Of a stretch of 64,000 bases of DNA, positions 47,620 through 61,794 are shown one piece after another. The translations under genes and the position numbers were made by a program. Each line of letters opens with the position of its first letter. Within the stretch, counting starts at the first letter, position 1. The stretch is taken from contig CM060732.1 of NCBI GenBank assembly GCA_030704615.1, forward strand, positions 76,446,001 through 76,510,000, given 5' to 3'. The notes beneath the pieces are model-generated. The model was given only the letters and a program-made list of their open reading frames with translations. It had not been told where the DNA came from and searched no databases. The DNA is from Takakia lepidozioides (taxonomy: Eukaryota; Plantae; Bryophyta).

Positions 47620-50600
47620 GGTCTACAAACCTCTCTGAAATAATATCCTACTGCAGCAGCTACTCCACTGCTCCCCAAATCCAGATGCTACCAGATCGTC
47701 CTCGCAATCCCCAACGCGATGCGCACTAACTTACAAGACGACGAGCCTCCCAAAAGAGAAAAGAGAGGGAAGAAGGTCTTTTCCTAATAAGGTAGATGAC
47801 CCATAATGGACCCTTTATGCAGTTTAGGGTGCTCTGAGTGGCAGATCTCGATTTTGTTTTTGTCGTTCGATTAGGAAATGAAAACTAAGGGGATTGCCAA
47901 AGTTTCAGGATTTTTTGACTTTATACGTAATTTCTATGAATTTTTAAGGTGGAAAATGCAAAAATACCCACTTATGACCAGTAGCTCCTACCAAGTGTGA
48001 ACAAAACTCATGCCAAAATGACCTCAAGATTGCGGTAACCCGGATCATTTACACAATATGAACGGTTTGCTCACAATTCCGCTCACAATTCACAAAGAGC
48101 TCGGATAGTTTCCTTCCTTTCTGCAACCTCAACAACAGGGAAAAACAACAGGCAAAAGTGGTGGCTTTTCCTCCCTAGCTCTTTTCACATTTTTGACTCC
48201 TGGATAACGGGTGTTCTTTCCAAGTTTTTGTTTGATCGAAAGATACTTACTCGTACATCACTGAGTCAAGGTCCAAATAGCATGCCGATGCCACTTGGTA
48301 TTGAAGCTAAGGCCTTGCATTGCTTCACGTGAGAGGTGATCCAGTAGAGTAAGTTCCTTGTCTGCAATGTCAATAGACCCTTCTGCAAAGTCAAGGCGTG
48401 AATGTACCTAACCTCGAATGTTCAAGATTGCATTTACGTTAGAACTTGAACGGCACAATAATAACAGGATTGAGTTGCATCTCTCTCTCTCATATGGTGG
48501 GGTAGATGCATTGCAAGCCTGATACCATATAGTTTGAGATAAACTATTTATTGGAAGCAAAACTATCCTGTTAAACAGGCTAAAGGGTAGAAGAGATTTT
48601 CAAGTATCTGAATTTTAGTCCAGAAGAATTGACCCTACAGACCTGGAGGAGTTGTGTCCAAAGTCATGTCTCATGCCCAAAGACTATCTGCTATGAATAC
48701 ATGCTTCATCCTCTCTACACAAAATCATAAACTGAATTGTATACTCTATTTTGATGTGTAAAGCACATGCAGAATTTTCCCTGTGTCGTTTGAGGGGCCT
48801 CAAATGGCATTAATTTTTTAAGGTTATTATGGATGGGGTCCTCACAAGTCTGTAAGGTGCTCCCTTGTTTTTTCTCTTACATTTCTTTTTCTCTTATGCA
48901 CATACACACTCTCCTTAGTGGGGCTAGGTTTTAACCAGCGAAAGCCAGTCCCTATCTCAGATCTTGAGGGGCTTCATCATTTGGCATCCAAGTCCAACTT
49001 TCTTCCCCTCTCCCTCACTTTTCTTATCTTTGTTTGACTCCATCTCTCTCTCTTGATTTTTCCCTGTCCCACACATGCACCAGTGAGTTGTCAGAGGAAA
49101 ATCTCCATCCCAGCCGATTATTTGCCAGATTATTGGTTGGTATCGGAACCGCTCAAGGGGGTCTTTTGCAAGATATGTTGTGGGCAAATCAATTCTTCTC
49201 CAGAGGCTATCTCCTCTCACATAATACTTTTTGACAAGGTGCAAGGTCTGAGGTCACATGCACAGTTCATTGCTACATTCCTGCCTCTAGTAAAATGTCA
49301 TTTTCATGCACACACAGACTATAGTTTAGGGTTTACCTCTCCCTCTGGTCCTACAATATGCCTCCGTAGCTCCCAAGAAGGCTGAACTTGTAGTTGTACT
49401 AGAGATCAAATATACACAAGAGTTTTGCATTACAGCTTGAAGCAAACTATCAATCCCATTGCCAGCAGTACCATCCAGTGTGCAGGCCTAGAATGGAGAG
49501 AGTGTGAGATCAGTGAGTGACCATTCTCTGCCAGTGTTGGCTTTGGTGTGCCCTTGTGGCTGTAGTCCACATGATTGTGAGGTTTCAGTCCACCAGGGTA
49601 TGAGAGAGAGGGTTGCAAGACTGTTAAAATGTCACATTCCAGACAATGACGCTGGTTGAGATTTCCTCCTGTTCCACCTTCCCCTCTGATGGGACCTTTG
49701 AATCCCTCCAACCGGACTTTAGAACTTCACTTTAAGAGATGTATATGCTATGCCAGTGAGAGCAGGCACTCATTGACCATTCTGTGTGAGATCCACTGGA
49801 AGTAATCTGAGAACTGAATGATCAAAGTGCTCTTGAAGCATGCTTCCCTGTAGAGGGCATGCAAGAGAACACATTTACTTATTGACTAGTCTGCTTGTCT
49901 GTCGGGTGTCAAGGATGCCATCTGTTTAGGGAACAATCATAACCTGCTGCAAAATTTGAAAAGAAAATCACAACAGGCATGAATCAACATGTACCATTTC
50001 ACCATTATCCAAGCAGTGTTGCCATTACAATATGGCAACGTCTGGGCTAGCTCAAACTGCCACTCCTCCAACATAACTTGGGGATTGATGACACAACAAA
50101 CTTGGAATCATTAATGCACCAATAGGACAACCACTGCGACAAGGGATGATGCACCACAATCCCCTCTTTTTTCTGGTGCATTTCTTTCCAGTCCTATATC
50201 CCCAGGCTCATCAGATACCTGAAAAAACAAACATGGCCTTGCGAGCAGGTAGAGTGGTCTTAGTTGAGGTTCCCTGGATACACACAGCAACTACGCCAGA
50301 AAAAACAACGGGAACCAAAAGTAACTGAATTACTTAGGTAGCAAACAAGGATGTCTACTCTAAAAGCAATTACAACATTTGTCATTTCACCACAAAACAT
50401 GCTGAAGCATTCCAGTAGTCCATCTTCTCGAATGTTTCTCCTCTTCAGCTTCGGACCGTTTAAAATGCAGATGTAGGGTAATTTGCTACCACATAATGTC
50501 TGGCTTCAAAATTGAGCTCAAAAGAAATACTTCCTCTGTGCCTTGTGGGAGAAAATGATGTATTCATAAGATGGTGTTTGCCGTACCTTTGTGGCACATA

Positions 50601-52158
50601 GACCCTGTGCCTAAACAAGAGGGAGAAGAGCCAGCTGTTACCTCCTCAATTCGTAACTCCTCAATACGTAACTCATTTTGAGCTGACAATATATCTTCTG
50701 GCTGGGGATGTGGATCGTTCGCCTCGAATGTGAATGCCTCATATGGGCCCATCTTACCATATATGGCTTCAACATTTAGTGGCCAGATGCCGGTGACTTT
50801 GAATCCATTTTTCACATTCTCCTTTGTCAAAGCTTTCCTCAATGACAACGATACCCAGTGGGCTAGATCCTCCTTCCGTATTGTTTTCCTTTGTTTCCCA
50901 TAGTCCATACGTATCTGTAGGCACGAAATACAGTCTTAAAAGGTTTGAAAATTGATACGTCAAGTGGCTGAAGTGCGTGAGATGTGTGCGATGGCAGGGT
51001 GATTAAATCCAACCCAACCTCCTTTGCTGCCTTCACCACATGAATAGTAACGTGACTGCCATGACCATCTAGAACGAGTAAGTGCAGTTCTGTAGGAGAA
51101 ATGTCATCTCATGTTCTCCGAATACAAGTGATGAAGTGTGAGATCCATTTCAGAAATAAAAAACCTGTCGTCCAGGCTTTTGACTGCATAGCCATTGTAG
51201 CTCCATACTCACATCTCTCGATATAATTTCTCCTCATTCTCTTTCTTTTAAAGATGTAGAAGTTTGGAATAGTTCCCCACCTGCATTGATAGCTGACAAT
51301 ACAGATAGCCATTCTCTTTCATCATCTGACATGACTGAATGGATTGAGCGGGTTCTTTTTTTGACGATAACAAGAGCACCTCCATTTTTGCCTACCTGGG
51401 CCCCTGATTCATCGCAATTCCAAATTCGATCTGGTCTATAGTTATGCTGCTTGTACACATCACTGAGATTATGGTAAAATGATGACACGTTGTCTGGACA
51501 GAGCCCTTTAGCCCGGCCTATTTCCAAACCCTGTGAGACACGGAGAGCTAAATCGGGATGTCGTTGAACCACCTGAGCCACCTGTAACAAGGTAGAATCT
51601 AGAAGGTTCTAGATTGAGGAGAAAAGTTCCCTAAAAGTTTCCAGAATAACTAGGAAGGATCCTAAGAAGTTTGACTTAAGGAAGTTTGACTTGAGGCTCT
51701 CAAGTCAAACCTCTAAGATATTCATATTATGGAGAGTATGTCAAATCTTTGATAAAGTCATATTGTAGAGAATATGTCAAACTTATGAAGGTTGACTTTA
51801 GCAAGTATCTTTGATAAAGTTGTATTGTGGAGAATATGTCAAACCTGGGAAGGTTGACTTTAGGCTCTCAAGTCAAATCTTTAAAATAATCATATTGTGA
51901 AGGTATATAAACAATGAAAGCCTAGAAGACATCGAGTTGTTTTGGGAAAAAATTGAGAAGTACTTATATTCTAGTTTGTGTAGATCCTGGGTGTTACAAT
52001 GGTATCAGAGCCTAGTATTTCTTAAAGTTGGGAGTGAATACCTTCTTTAGGAGGATTCGATTAAGATGTTTTTTTTTTTTGAGATTTTTGTTGTTAATAT
52101 TTTAAAGTGTTGAATAGATAGTAGTGATGGTGCGCCATAACGATAGTATAAAAAATTT

Positions 52159-52583
52159 ATGGACTTAAATCAACCCCTTTTCCGTGATTTTCCTTCGGAG
52201 TGTGAGTTTAAAATTATATGTCGTCGTAAAGCAGAAATTAGAGATATGATAGTACAGAAATTTGGAGAGGAACAATATCAAGAAGTGTTACAAAACCCAC
52301 GACCTGTCGTCTTTCCTATAATTAGAAATTGGAAGGTATACATATGTGTATATACGTAGTTCATGGATCGAGGTAGACATTTTCCGCCTAATTTTCCACC
52401 GCCAATGTATTTAGTATCAATATGCGCGCCATTGACAAGCATCATCTTGTGAGATTTTTAGTTGCAGAATTTGGGGTAGAATTCATAAACCTTGTCATGA
52501 GTTCAAACGTCCCTTTTTTATTACCAATAGTCACGTACGGGATAGTTTGGGATTGCACTATTTTACATATTGTATTAGGATAA
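52159..52583 (+). pseudogene. 5' extra ORF(s) of element 4: two tandem ~68-aa homologous modules
   Basis: Module 1 is ORF 52159-52359. Module 2 starts in frame at ATG 52363 and has one TGA and a 1-bp deletion at ~52450-52460. Shared pattern FMD-x8-FP-x7-IC..RD..V..FG.E..V..P...PI..V..C. Confidence 0.6.
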
Positions 52584-52650
52584 GAGAATAGAGATAGTAT
52601 ACATTAATTTTAGAAGACAAATACCACGAAGGAAGGAGTAGTAGACCAAG

Positions 52651-53734
52651 ATGGCGGCCAATGAAGAAATGGTGGACAACACACACACTACTCATCAAGC
52701 CAATGATCAGACGGTGTGGATAATGGAGCGCTTACACGAATTGCAGGATGCTCTTGTCACGACCCAACAACAAAACAACGTGTTGATGGAGAAACTTAAA
52801 CAAGTGAGACAATTAACCGCCCCGGGACTGGTTGCTGATGAGTCGGATACGTTGCTGCAAAAGATGACCAAGACATGCAAGGTCGAGCCGTATAAAAGAA
52901 GTCGCGCAATGGGAGTGCTAGAAGGATGGATTTATCGAATGGAGGTACATCTGTCATATTTCCCTACATCAAGTGATTTGGACCACGGAATGTTCATACA
53001 ATCTTTTCTACTCAACAATGCTTCAACATGGTTACAGACATGGGAGAGAAAACAGATTGCAAAAGGAGAACTTTTACTATGGAGCACCTTGAAAAGCGGG
53101 ACTGCTCCAACAATTCAAGGTAGTAGATGTTGTTACAATTGCTCGAATGAAATTATGGAACTTGGAACAACGCGGGAGTGTGCAAAATTACATTGAAGAT
53201 TTTTTGAATCTTCAGGTCCAAATCGAAGACATGAGTCATGCAGAAGCTTTAGACAACTTCAAAAGATGATTGAAGAAGAAAATTCAAGGAGAGGTAATTT
53301 TACGCAACCCGGTTGATGTCCACGAAGCAATTTCATTGGCCCAAAAGATTGAAGGGACGCTACCAAAATACGACGAAGGTATACACGTTTCATTGAATCA
53401 ATACGGACCAACGCCTATGGAGCTTGGAAATCTTCGAAGACGGGATAACTTTCAATACTCTCAAAGAAATAGGCCGGGAATCAGATATGAGGAAGATAAC
53501 ACACAGCGGCGAATGAAATTGAATGACAAGGATGTGACCTCCTCAACATTCTCACGAACAGAAGGACAAAGGGAAACTCGACAATGTTACAACTGTGGAA
53601 AATACGGACATCTTGCAGCCAACTGCCGAAGTGGAAGGTACAATCGACAAACTTATCGAAAATCTCTTAACAGTTTAAGGAGAGGAGAAAATAACAAACA
53701 TCACAATGAGCAGGAAAACGAGGACAACCAGTAA
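52651..53734 (+). pseudogene. gag: gag of element 4 (frameshifted)
   Basis: WIYRME..ASTW; GPTPMELG; CYNCGKYGHLAANC. Confidence 0.88.
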
Positions 53735-53839
53735 GTAGACCTCGCGGTGTTACTGGTTCTACAAAGAAGAGGAGAGGCGAGGGGCCTTACAAAGAGAAGA
53801 GACAAATCAATCATGCGGACAAGAAAGAGACGCAGTTAA

Positions 53840-56800
53840 TTGTGACAGATGAAACCTTGGAAGGTATTCATGTGAGAGTGTTAATAGACCCTGGGGTAAC
53901 AGAAAACTTCTTATCTAGAAAGGCTGCCTTGAAACTAGGACTCCCCTTAGAAAAGAATGAAAGAGATGAAGTAGAAATGCCAAATGGATATACAGAGGCC
54001 ATTGAGACACTACCTAAAAACATAGAGTTGTCGATTGGTAAATATAGAGAAACCTTAGAATGACGAGTGGTCAGACTGGCTCGATATGACGTAATATTAG
54101 GCATGTCTTGGATGTAATCTCACAACCCTGAGTCAAAACCCAGAATTGGAAAATATGGGGAGATCGAGTGAGGACACCATATCGAAACCTACCATCATTT
54201 GTTATAGGTACTACAGCTATATGTACGAAAGACTTATTATTTGTAGGTTTAATAAGATACGTGGAAAATCCGAAAAAAGACATGAGTGAGGTCCCTATAG
54301 AATTACAGAGTGTATTGAAAGAGTTCAAAGATGTATTTCCAGATGACCTACCAGCACGGCTTCCGCCAAAAAGAAGAGTAGATCATAAGATTGAGGTTGT
54401 TCCAAGTAGTACTCATTCTTGTAAAGTCCCTTATCGATTAGCACCAAACGAGTTGGAAGAATGTAAGGCTCAAATCGAGGACCTACTATCAAAAGGCTTT
54501 ATAAGACCAAGTGTATCCCCGTATGGAGCGCCGATGTTGTTTGTGAAGAAAAAAATTGGAGCAATGCGCATGTGCATTGATTATCGAACACTCAACCAGC
54601 AAACAGTGAAGAACAAGTACCCGTTACCACGCATGGACGATCTATTTGACCAACTGCGAGGAGCAAAATACTTTATAAAGCTTGATCTGAGGAGTGGATA
54701 CAACCAAATTTGAATCGCTGATGAAGATGTACATAAGACCGCTTTCCGCACTAGATATGGACATTTGAATACATGGTTATGCCATTTGGTCTCACCAATG
54801 CCCAGCCACATTCATGGGCCTCATGAATGATATATTTCGCTCATACTTAGATAAATTTGTGATAGTATTTTTAGATGATATTCTGATGTACAGTAACAGC
54901 CTTGTCGAACATAGAAACCACCTCAAACAAGTATTACAAGTTCTCTGTGAGAATCAACTATATGCCAAAGCATCTAAATGTGAGTTTGGAAAACAAGAAG
55001 TAGATTATCTTAGGCATCGCGTGAGTAGGAAGGGAATTGAGGTAATGAGTGAGAAAATAGAAGCTATTCAGCAGTGGATAGCCCCTAAAGACATTACCCA
55101 ATTAAAGAGTTTTCTTGGCCTTACCGGATTCTACAGACGATTTGTACGGGCATTCTCAAAGATTGCCCAACCATTGACAAATCTTTTGGACAAAAGAATT
55201 AAATGGAAGTGGAGTACAGAAGAGAAGTTAGCATTTCAGGCCTTGAAGGATGCGTTGCTTCATGCCCTAATCTTAAAATGGTATGATCCGACAAGACTAA
55301 TCAAGCTCTCGGTAGATGTGTCAGGCTCAGCAGTGGGTGGGGTATTACAACAAGAATGGGAAGATGGAAGGCACCTAGTGACATATTTTTCTCGCAAATT
55401 GTTGCCTGCGGAACAAAATTACCATATAACCGAACGAGAAGAATTGGTCATTGTTTTGGGTACAAAACATTAGAAGCATTATCTTGGAGACAAAGAGTTC
55501 ATAGTGGAGACAGACCATAAACCGTTGGTGTATTTGGAGACACAAAAAGATCTATCGAAGAAACAGATTCATTGGGCGGAGTGACGACAACAATTTAATA
55601 TGAAGATCGTCTATGTGGAGGGAAACGTCAACTGGCAGATGCAATGACAAGGATGTCGCGCATGAACACATTGACAGAAATCAACATTCAACCCGATTGG
55701 TGGAATAAGATAGCGACGACTTCTAAAGATGATGGGGAGATCGTGGACACTAAAAAGAAGGGCAAAGTGACAGAAGTTCGAGGGTTGGTATTCAAGGAAG
55801 GTAAACTTTGGATCCCTGATGAACCTGCATTGAAGACAGAAGTCTAGTTTGAAGCTCATGATACGGCGATAGCAGGACATGTTGGAGTTGAAAAAACATT
55901 CGAACAACTAAAACGTACATTTTATTGGCCGCGGATGCGAGACGAGGTGGAGGCGTACGTTCGAAGTTGCATGAGATGTCAACAAAACAAGTCAACAAAC
56001 CGCAAGCCAGCAGGTCTTTTACAACCACTACCAGTACCAAACAGACGTTGGGAACATATGAGCATGGATTTAGTTTGTGAGTTACCTCAAACCTCATCGG
56101 GATACGACACTATAGTGGTCTTTGTAGACAAATTGAGTAAGATGATATACATCCGTCCCATAGAAAATCCGTCACTGCACCTGAACTAGCTCGACTATAT
56201 CTGGAAGCGGTCTATTCTCATTATGGGCTATCTAAAGTTCTCATTACTGACATGGGTACCCAATTTACTAGCTTGTTTTGGAAAAGCTTATTTGGTCTTT
56301 TTAAAACCAAATTAGCTATGTCAACAGCCTATCATCCGGAGTCAGATGGACATACAGAGCGAGCAAATCGTACAATTAAAGACATGTTGCGGGCCTTTAC
56401 GTTAGAAGAACAAGAAGAGTGAGATTGGTTATTACCATTGGTAGAATTTTCATAGAATAACTCGGTCAACGCGTCAACGAAAGAAACTCCTTTCTTTTTG
56501 ATGTATGATGAACACCCAAATGTGCCAACAACTCTTACGAAGTTCAATTTATCAAAAGAGGAGTTATCCAAGGTAGCCGCGACTAACGCATTTGTGCAAC
56601 AAATTCGACGGGGAGTACGTCAAGCTAAAGAGAAGCTGATGGTTGTCCAAAATCGCCAAAAGCAGTATGCAAATGCACGTCGATGGGATGAGGAGTTTGC
56701 AGTTAGGGATCAAATGTGGTTGTCTACAACCAATTTACACATCATTGGATCGCGAAAACTAGGGGCACGATTCATTGGTCTTTTTTCGATCATTAAACGC

Positions 56801-57147
56801 ATTGGAGCAGTAGCATACAAGCTGGAGTTACCACCACATATGAAGATATACTCGGTGTTTCACGTTTCTTTACTACGTCGTTACGAACCTCGACCATCAA
56901 TATTCAAAGATAATCAAGAACCACAACCTTTACCAGAGTTCATAGACGGAAATGAAGAGTGGGAGATCGACCGTGTTCTGAAAAAATGCATATACAAACG
57001 AGGGCGACATGAGGTGTTGGAGTATTTGGTTTTATGGAAAGGATTTCCATTATATGAAGCTATCTGAGAACCGTGCAAAATCTCGCAAATGCTCAATTGG
57101 CAATTCAAGCTTTTGAAAATTCGAACAACGAGGACGTTGCTTCTTGA
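53840..57147 (+). pseudogene. pol: pol of element 4 (PR, RT, RH, INT, chromodomain) with many stops
   Basis: VLIDPGVTENF; [15 protein letters not shown]; VFLDDIL; AGHVG..FYWP; HMSMDL; VFHVSLL; EWEIDRVL..YLVLWKGFP. Confidence 0.92.
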
Positions 57148-59539
57148 AAGAGGAGAGGATTATAACAAGGTAGAATCTAGAAGGTTCTAGATTGAGGAGG
57201 AAAGTTCCCTAGAAGTTTCCAGAATAACTAGGAAGGATCCTAAGAAGTTTGACTTAAGGAAGTTTGACTTGAGGCTCTCAAGTCAAACCTCTAAGATATT
57301 CATATTATGGAGAGTATGTCAAATCTTTGATAAAGTCATATTGTAGAGAATATGTCAAACCTAGGAAGGTTGACTTTAGGAAGCTTTGACTTGAGGCTCT
57401 CAAGTCAAACATTTAAAATAATCATGTTGTAAAGGATATATAAACCTGCAATAAAAGCCTAGAAGGCATCGAGTTGTTTTGGGAAAAAGTTGAGAAGTAC
57501 TTCTATTCTAGTTTGTGTAGATCCTGGGTGTTACACCACCTCCAACATGGAATCTCGTTCTTGAATGGTGTTTGGCGCTCTTCAACAACCTTAATCTAAG
57601 TTGAGTGAGTGTGAGAGGGTGACCAAGGTATTGCATGGATTCGATGTACTTCACAAGCAATTCTTCTTTTGCTTCTGATAGTGTGGCTTTCGTGCCCCTC
57701 TTCCTACTTAACGTGACTCCATACAAATGATTACGGAGACTTGTCACAGGTATACCCCAATTCCTTGAAGCAGTTCGAATTGGCATGCCAGATTCTACAC
57801 CTGACATAGCAGCTGCCAATGACAGTGTGCTTCAGTTCCTATTTTTCTTCACTTTCACGGTAACACTGCGTTTTGCTCGAGGCTTCGGTGGGACCTGTTC
57901 GTCAACGTTGACGTCTCGGGCAGGTGAAGTCCTATGCTCGGATGGATACTCCTTCATCACGTTATCTCCCTGACCACATTTTTGAAACATGACTTCCTCC
58001 TCTCCTTGTGCACACTCCTCCCCTTGTGCCCACTGAAAATTAGGATCCGGATCACTCTCGCTCTCTGAATTCTCTCTGTAAGGTCGGTGCAAGCTCTCTC
58101 GAGCTCCTTCTCGTTCGTCTTCATTACTGTCTGTTTCTGACTCAACTTCAACACATGCAGGATTGAACTTTAGAGGTTTTGGTAATACTTGAGAATTGTC
58201 GCCTTGTAACTTAGTGTCCGGCAGTAACCGAAAAGACGGGCCTCCCTCCCCTGCCATGTCCTACGTTATGCTTGAATCTAGTATTCCAACGACAAACTCT
58301 CATGCAATGTTTCGCAAATGGCTTGTCTTACTATCATATTATCTCACTTAGTGTTTTTGAAATGGCCCTGGTGAGTTTTGAATTTGGATTGCAATTAATG
58401 GGATAACTGGCCACTCCCATGCAATAACAAATGACAGCTGTTTTTGAAATTGAACCGATTTGTTTCTTATTCTAACATCTTAAGAAAGTAAATGTGCCTA
58501 ACTATGCCTTAATGTGTTGCCTAAATAAAAAAAGATTTGGCTTGATGCCATATCATGAATGGATTGTACTTGTGGGACCAAGTGCTCACTTAGTGTGTAC
58601 AATATGGCCACTTAGGCCCCGGCCGCACCTGGCTGCTAAGCGGCTTGCTAAGCTAGCTACCAGCCGTTAACGGCGTGGTGACGGTCGCACTTGCCCATTA
58701 CAACCCCCGCTAGTTAGCGGGCTCCTAGCTGCTGTTAAAGCTGACGTAGGGGTTCCTCCGAAATTTAGCACGTCCTCCCCCAAGGTGGTAAATCGCGGTC
58801 ACCGACTAAAAATCGGGCAGTCGATCTTGCGCGCAACAGAGGTATGCAGCGACTCCCCTTCCCTGCGATCTCTTCCCTGCGATCTCTCCCTTTCTCCCTC
58901 CCTGCCCCTCTTCCCTCTCTCTCTGCCTCCCTCTCTTTCATCATCTCTCTCAATCCATCTCCTTCTATTCTTGTTCTTTCTTGTTTTTTGTTTTTGTTTT
59001 TGGTTGTTTGTGTATTCATGGGGTGGGTGACTGCACAGCAAGGAGCGCGGGGCGGGCGCGAGCAAGTCACCGGCGACCGCAGCTCAGTCAATGCAACTCG
59101 TTCGCAATTCAGTGAGTGCCATTTACATAGTGCTTTGTGTTTTCCACATGGAGTGCTTTGTGGCTGGTGCAATGGGCTTCCCTCCTGTTGTTCTTGTGGT
59201 CTCCACTGTTGGCGTCAGGCTTGAATTGAGGAATTGATCCACGCTCAGTCTTTGGGCAGCTGTTGGCTAGGCTTGTTGTTGGTTTCTTCTGTTTGAGAGG
59301 TGCTGGATCAATTGCCATGTTGTATATGTACAGGTGGTTGTCCGGTTGTATTGATTTATTGTCACTTGCCATTAAAGTGGGTTAAATGACAATGAACATC
59401 ATTGTTGGGTCTACTTAGTGGCTGGCTTACAATATCTGAAGCAAACATCCAAGCCAAGAACGATAGTAGATAGTGAAATGTCCAGGGATGGTGTGATTGA
59501 CTTAAAAACTGATGAGGTCCAAACTTGCCAAAACAGATT

Positions 59540-60830
59540 GTACTCATAAGACGTTGTTTGCCGTAGCCTTGTGGCCATTGACCCCGCGCCCAGTTTGAGT
59601 GGGAACAAAAGGAACAGAACCTACCTCCGTCAGGGGCTGACGTTGGTAGTAAGACTTACCATCATATAAGGAATTAATCCGGGTTTTCCAGATATCCTCT
59701 AGAAAACCCTTCACACAAGCATCAATCTGCTGTGTGTGATTTGCCCAAAAACTAGGCCTCAGGAGGGCCTGGGCTTTTGGCTCAGCCTCGAGACTTTCAA
59801 AGTTGGTAAACAGGGGTACAGGCACAATTCCCTTGATAGAATTGAAGAGAGCGTCTCCTTGGTGAGAGAACCCCGGACGAGTCTCCCCTATGCCTGCAAA
59901 GTCATCCGCAAACATAAGGGCTGGCATGGTGGTATCACCCACCCTTAACCCAAATCCTTCACTTTCCACATCCTCGAGGAGTTGATTGATGAAAACATTG
60001 AAGAGCAGAGGGGAGAGAGTACATCCTTGAGCTACACCTTGGTCTATGTCAAAGAAGTTGGACTTCTGTCCGTTAACAGTGACACAGCTTTTGGTGTGAG
60101 CATACAAGTTGTGGACAACTCTCCACATCTTTCCCTTGATCCCACAAGACCAGAGGCGGAACCATAGGCCATCTCTCCACACTGTGTCATAAGCCTTTTT
60201 GACATCCAGGAAAAAAACATAAGTGGGTTTCCCTTCTTTTTTCCTTCCCTGAATAATCTGGCTTAGAGTGAAGATATGATCCACAGAGCCCCTGTTTCGC
60301 CGAAAGCCAGCTTGGCCTTCGTGGAAACAAGCTCTAGACTCCAGATCAACCTCGAGACGAGTACTTATAACTCTGCAGAATGTCTTGCCAACAGCATTGA
60401 GGAGCGTGATGCCACGGTAGTTCCCCGGTTCTTCTCTGTCACCCTTCTTGTATAGACTGACAATGACCCCCTGTCGCCAGCGAAAGGGGATCATTTCAGA
60501 CTTCCAGATAAGGTTAAAGAGGAGAACTAGGGCCTCTATCATGGATCGCCACCGTGCTTGAGCTCGTTGACATTACCATCAGGTCCACCAGCTTTATATC
60601 CATTTAAATGTTCAATTGCTTCCACAATCTCAGAAGAACTAATGGGAGCGTTATAAGCCATTGAAATATACTCCAGTTCATCAGGGCTGTTTTGAATCAT
60701 AGGAACAATTTTTCCAACTGTGTCCCTCCATCCAGCAGAAGACCCCTCACTGTTAGACCTAGAAGTTCTGCCAAAGATACTGTAGTGGTTTTCAAAGGTT
60801 TTGACAATGTCAACCGATGAAGTCACCACT
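59540..60830 (-). mobile_element. 5'-truncated, internally deleted LINE (RT domain)
   Basis: KAGGPDG; LYKKGDREEPGNYRGITLL; QAGFR; FLDVKKAYDTV; GVAQGCTLSPLLF; MFADD. Frameshift at ~60540. The thumb region is missing after FADD. The 5' limit is approximate. Confidence 0.9.
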
Positions 60831-61794
60831 GCACCTTTAGATATGCCCAATAGAGACAGACAGACAGCAACAGAGACTAGAGTAGCACGATTACTCATTT
60901 CAAGTTTAAATTGGAAAAAATACCTCAACTTGCCGACAACCTGCCAGTGTTGCTGCCTGGACCAGTGCTCTTGCAATAGGGTGGGATGTTGTCCGCTCAA
61001 CACTAGCAGCCAAAGACAGCAAATCCCTCTATGTCCATTTTGGAGCTCTGGGACATGAGAACCAATATCCCACCTAAGAAAACGGAAAGTGACATAGGGG
61101 CACACGAAGAACATCATGCCCTTATTGCAACAACATTCCAGGACAACACATGCAAATGGTGGCTACAAATTATTCAACAAGACTCTCTTGTAGTTCTAGG
61201 TTGTCAAATGGATTTCTCTAAAGATCTCTTCCTTTTTCTCTCTTTCTCAGGGCCCCGTGTGGGCGTTGTCAAGTTTCTTCATTTTCACTTGCCTTCCAGA
61301 ATATACAGCAACTGGCAGTGCACAGCCCCACATGCCCCATCTCACCAGTACAGTGTAGGTATCAGAATCAGTGTTCTACTATGTTATGTAGTTTACTCCG
61401 TGATCCAATTGTCCATGGCTAAGCAATTTCCGAACCCAGATGATTTGAAGTCCACTGTCAACTCAGTGTTAGTATCCCACAGGGACTATACACTATTGGC
61501 CAAAGTCCTCATGGAAAGCCCTCTCTTGGGTCCACTGGTTTTTAAGGGTCTTCTATGCAGCGGTTGCTAGATGTGCTACTTTGTCCCATGGGTCCTTGGG
61601 GGCTCCCTGTGGACTTTATACAAATTCTTTCTTCCTCATGCAACGGTTTGGTTTGTTATTTGGTTTCCGGTGTTCTAGTGTGTCCCATCACCCCTTTGAC
61701 CTCCCTTGGACATAACAATGTTCTTCTTTCTTCGTCTCTTTCTATATGTTTGGAAGCTGAAAGTGGGGGGTTGGGGGGCGCAACAAAGTCCACC

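Larger units (their letters stand above)
51583..57535 (+). mobile_element. Ty3/gypsy chromovirus, decayed (element 4)
   Basis: LTRs 51583-51998 and 57161-57535. Perfect TSD CCACC. PBS TGGTATCAGAGC 52000-52011. PPT GAAAGAGGAGAGGAT 57146-57160. Confidence 0.97.
50610..58257 (-). mobile_element. pogo/Tigger-like (CENP-B HTH + DDE_1) transposase pseudogene, split by LTR element 4
   Basis: 5' part 58257-57541: IRTASRNWGIPVTSLRNHL; EELLVKYI..MQYLGHPLT. 3' part 51577-50610: RHPDLALR, IWNCDESG, LLVLDGHGSH, LPSHTSHALQPLDVSIFKPFK, GFKVTGIWP. TIRs not resolved. Confidence 0.9.
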
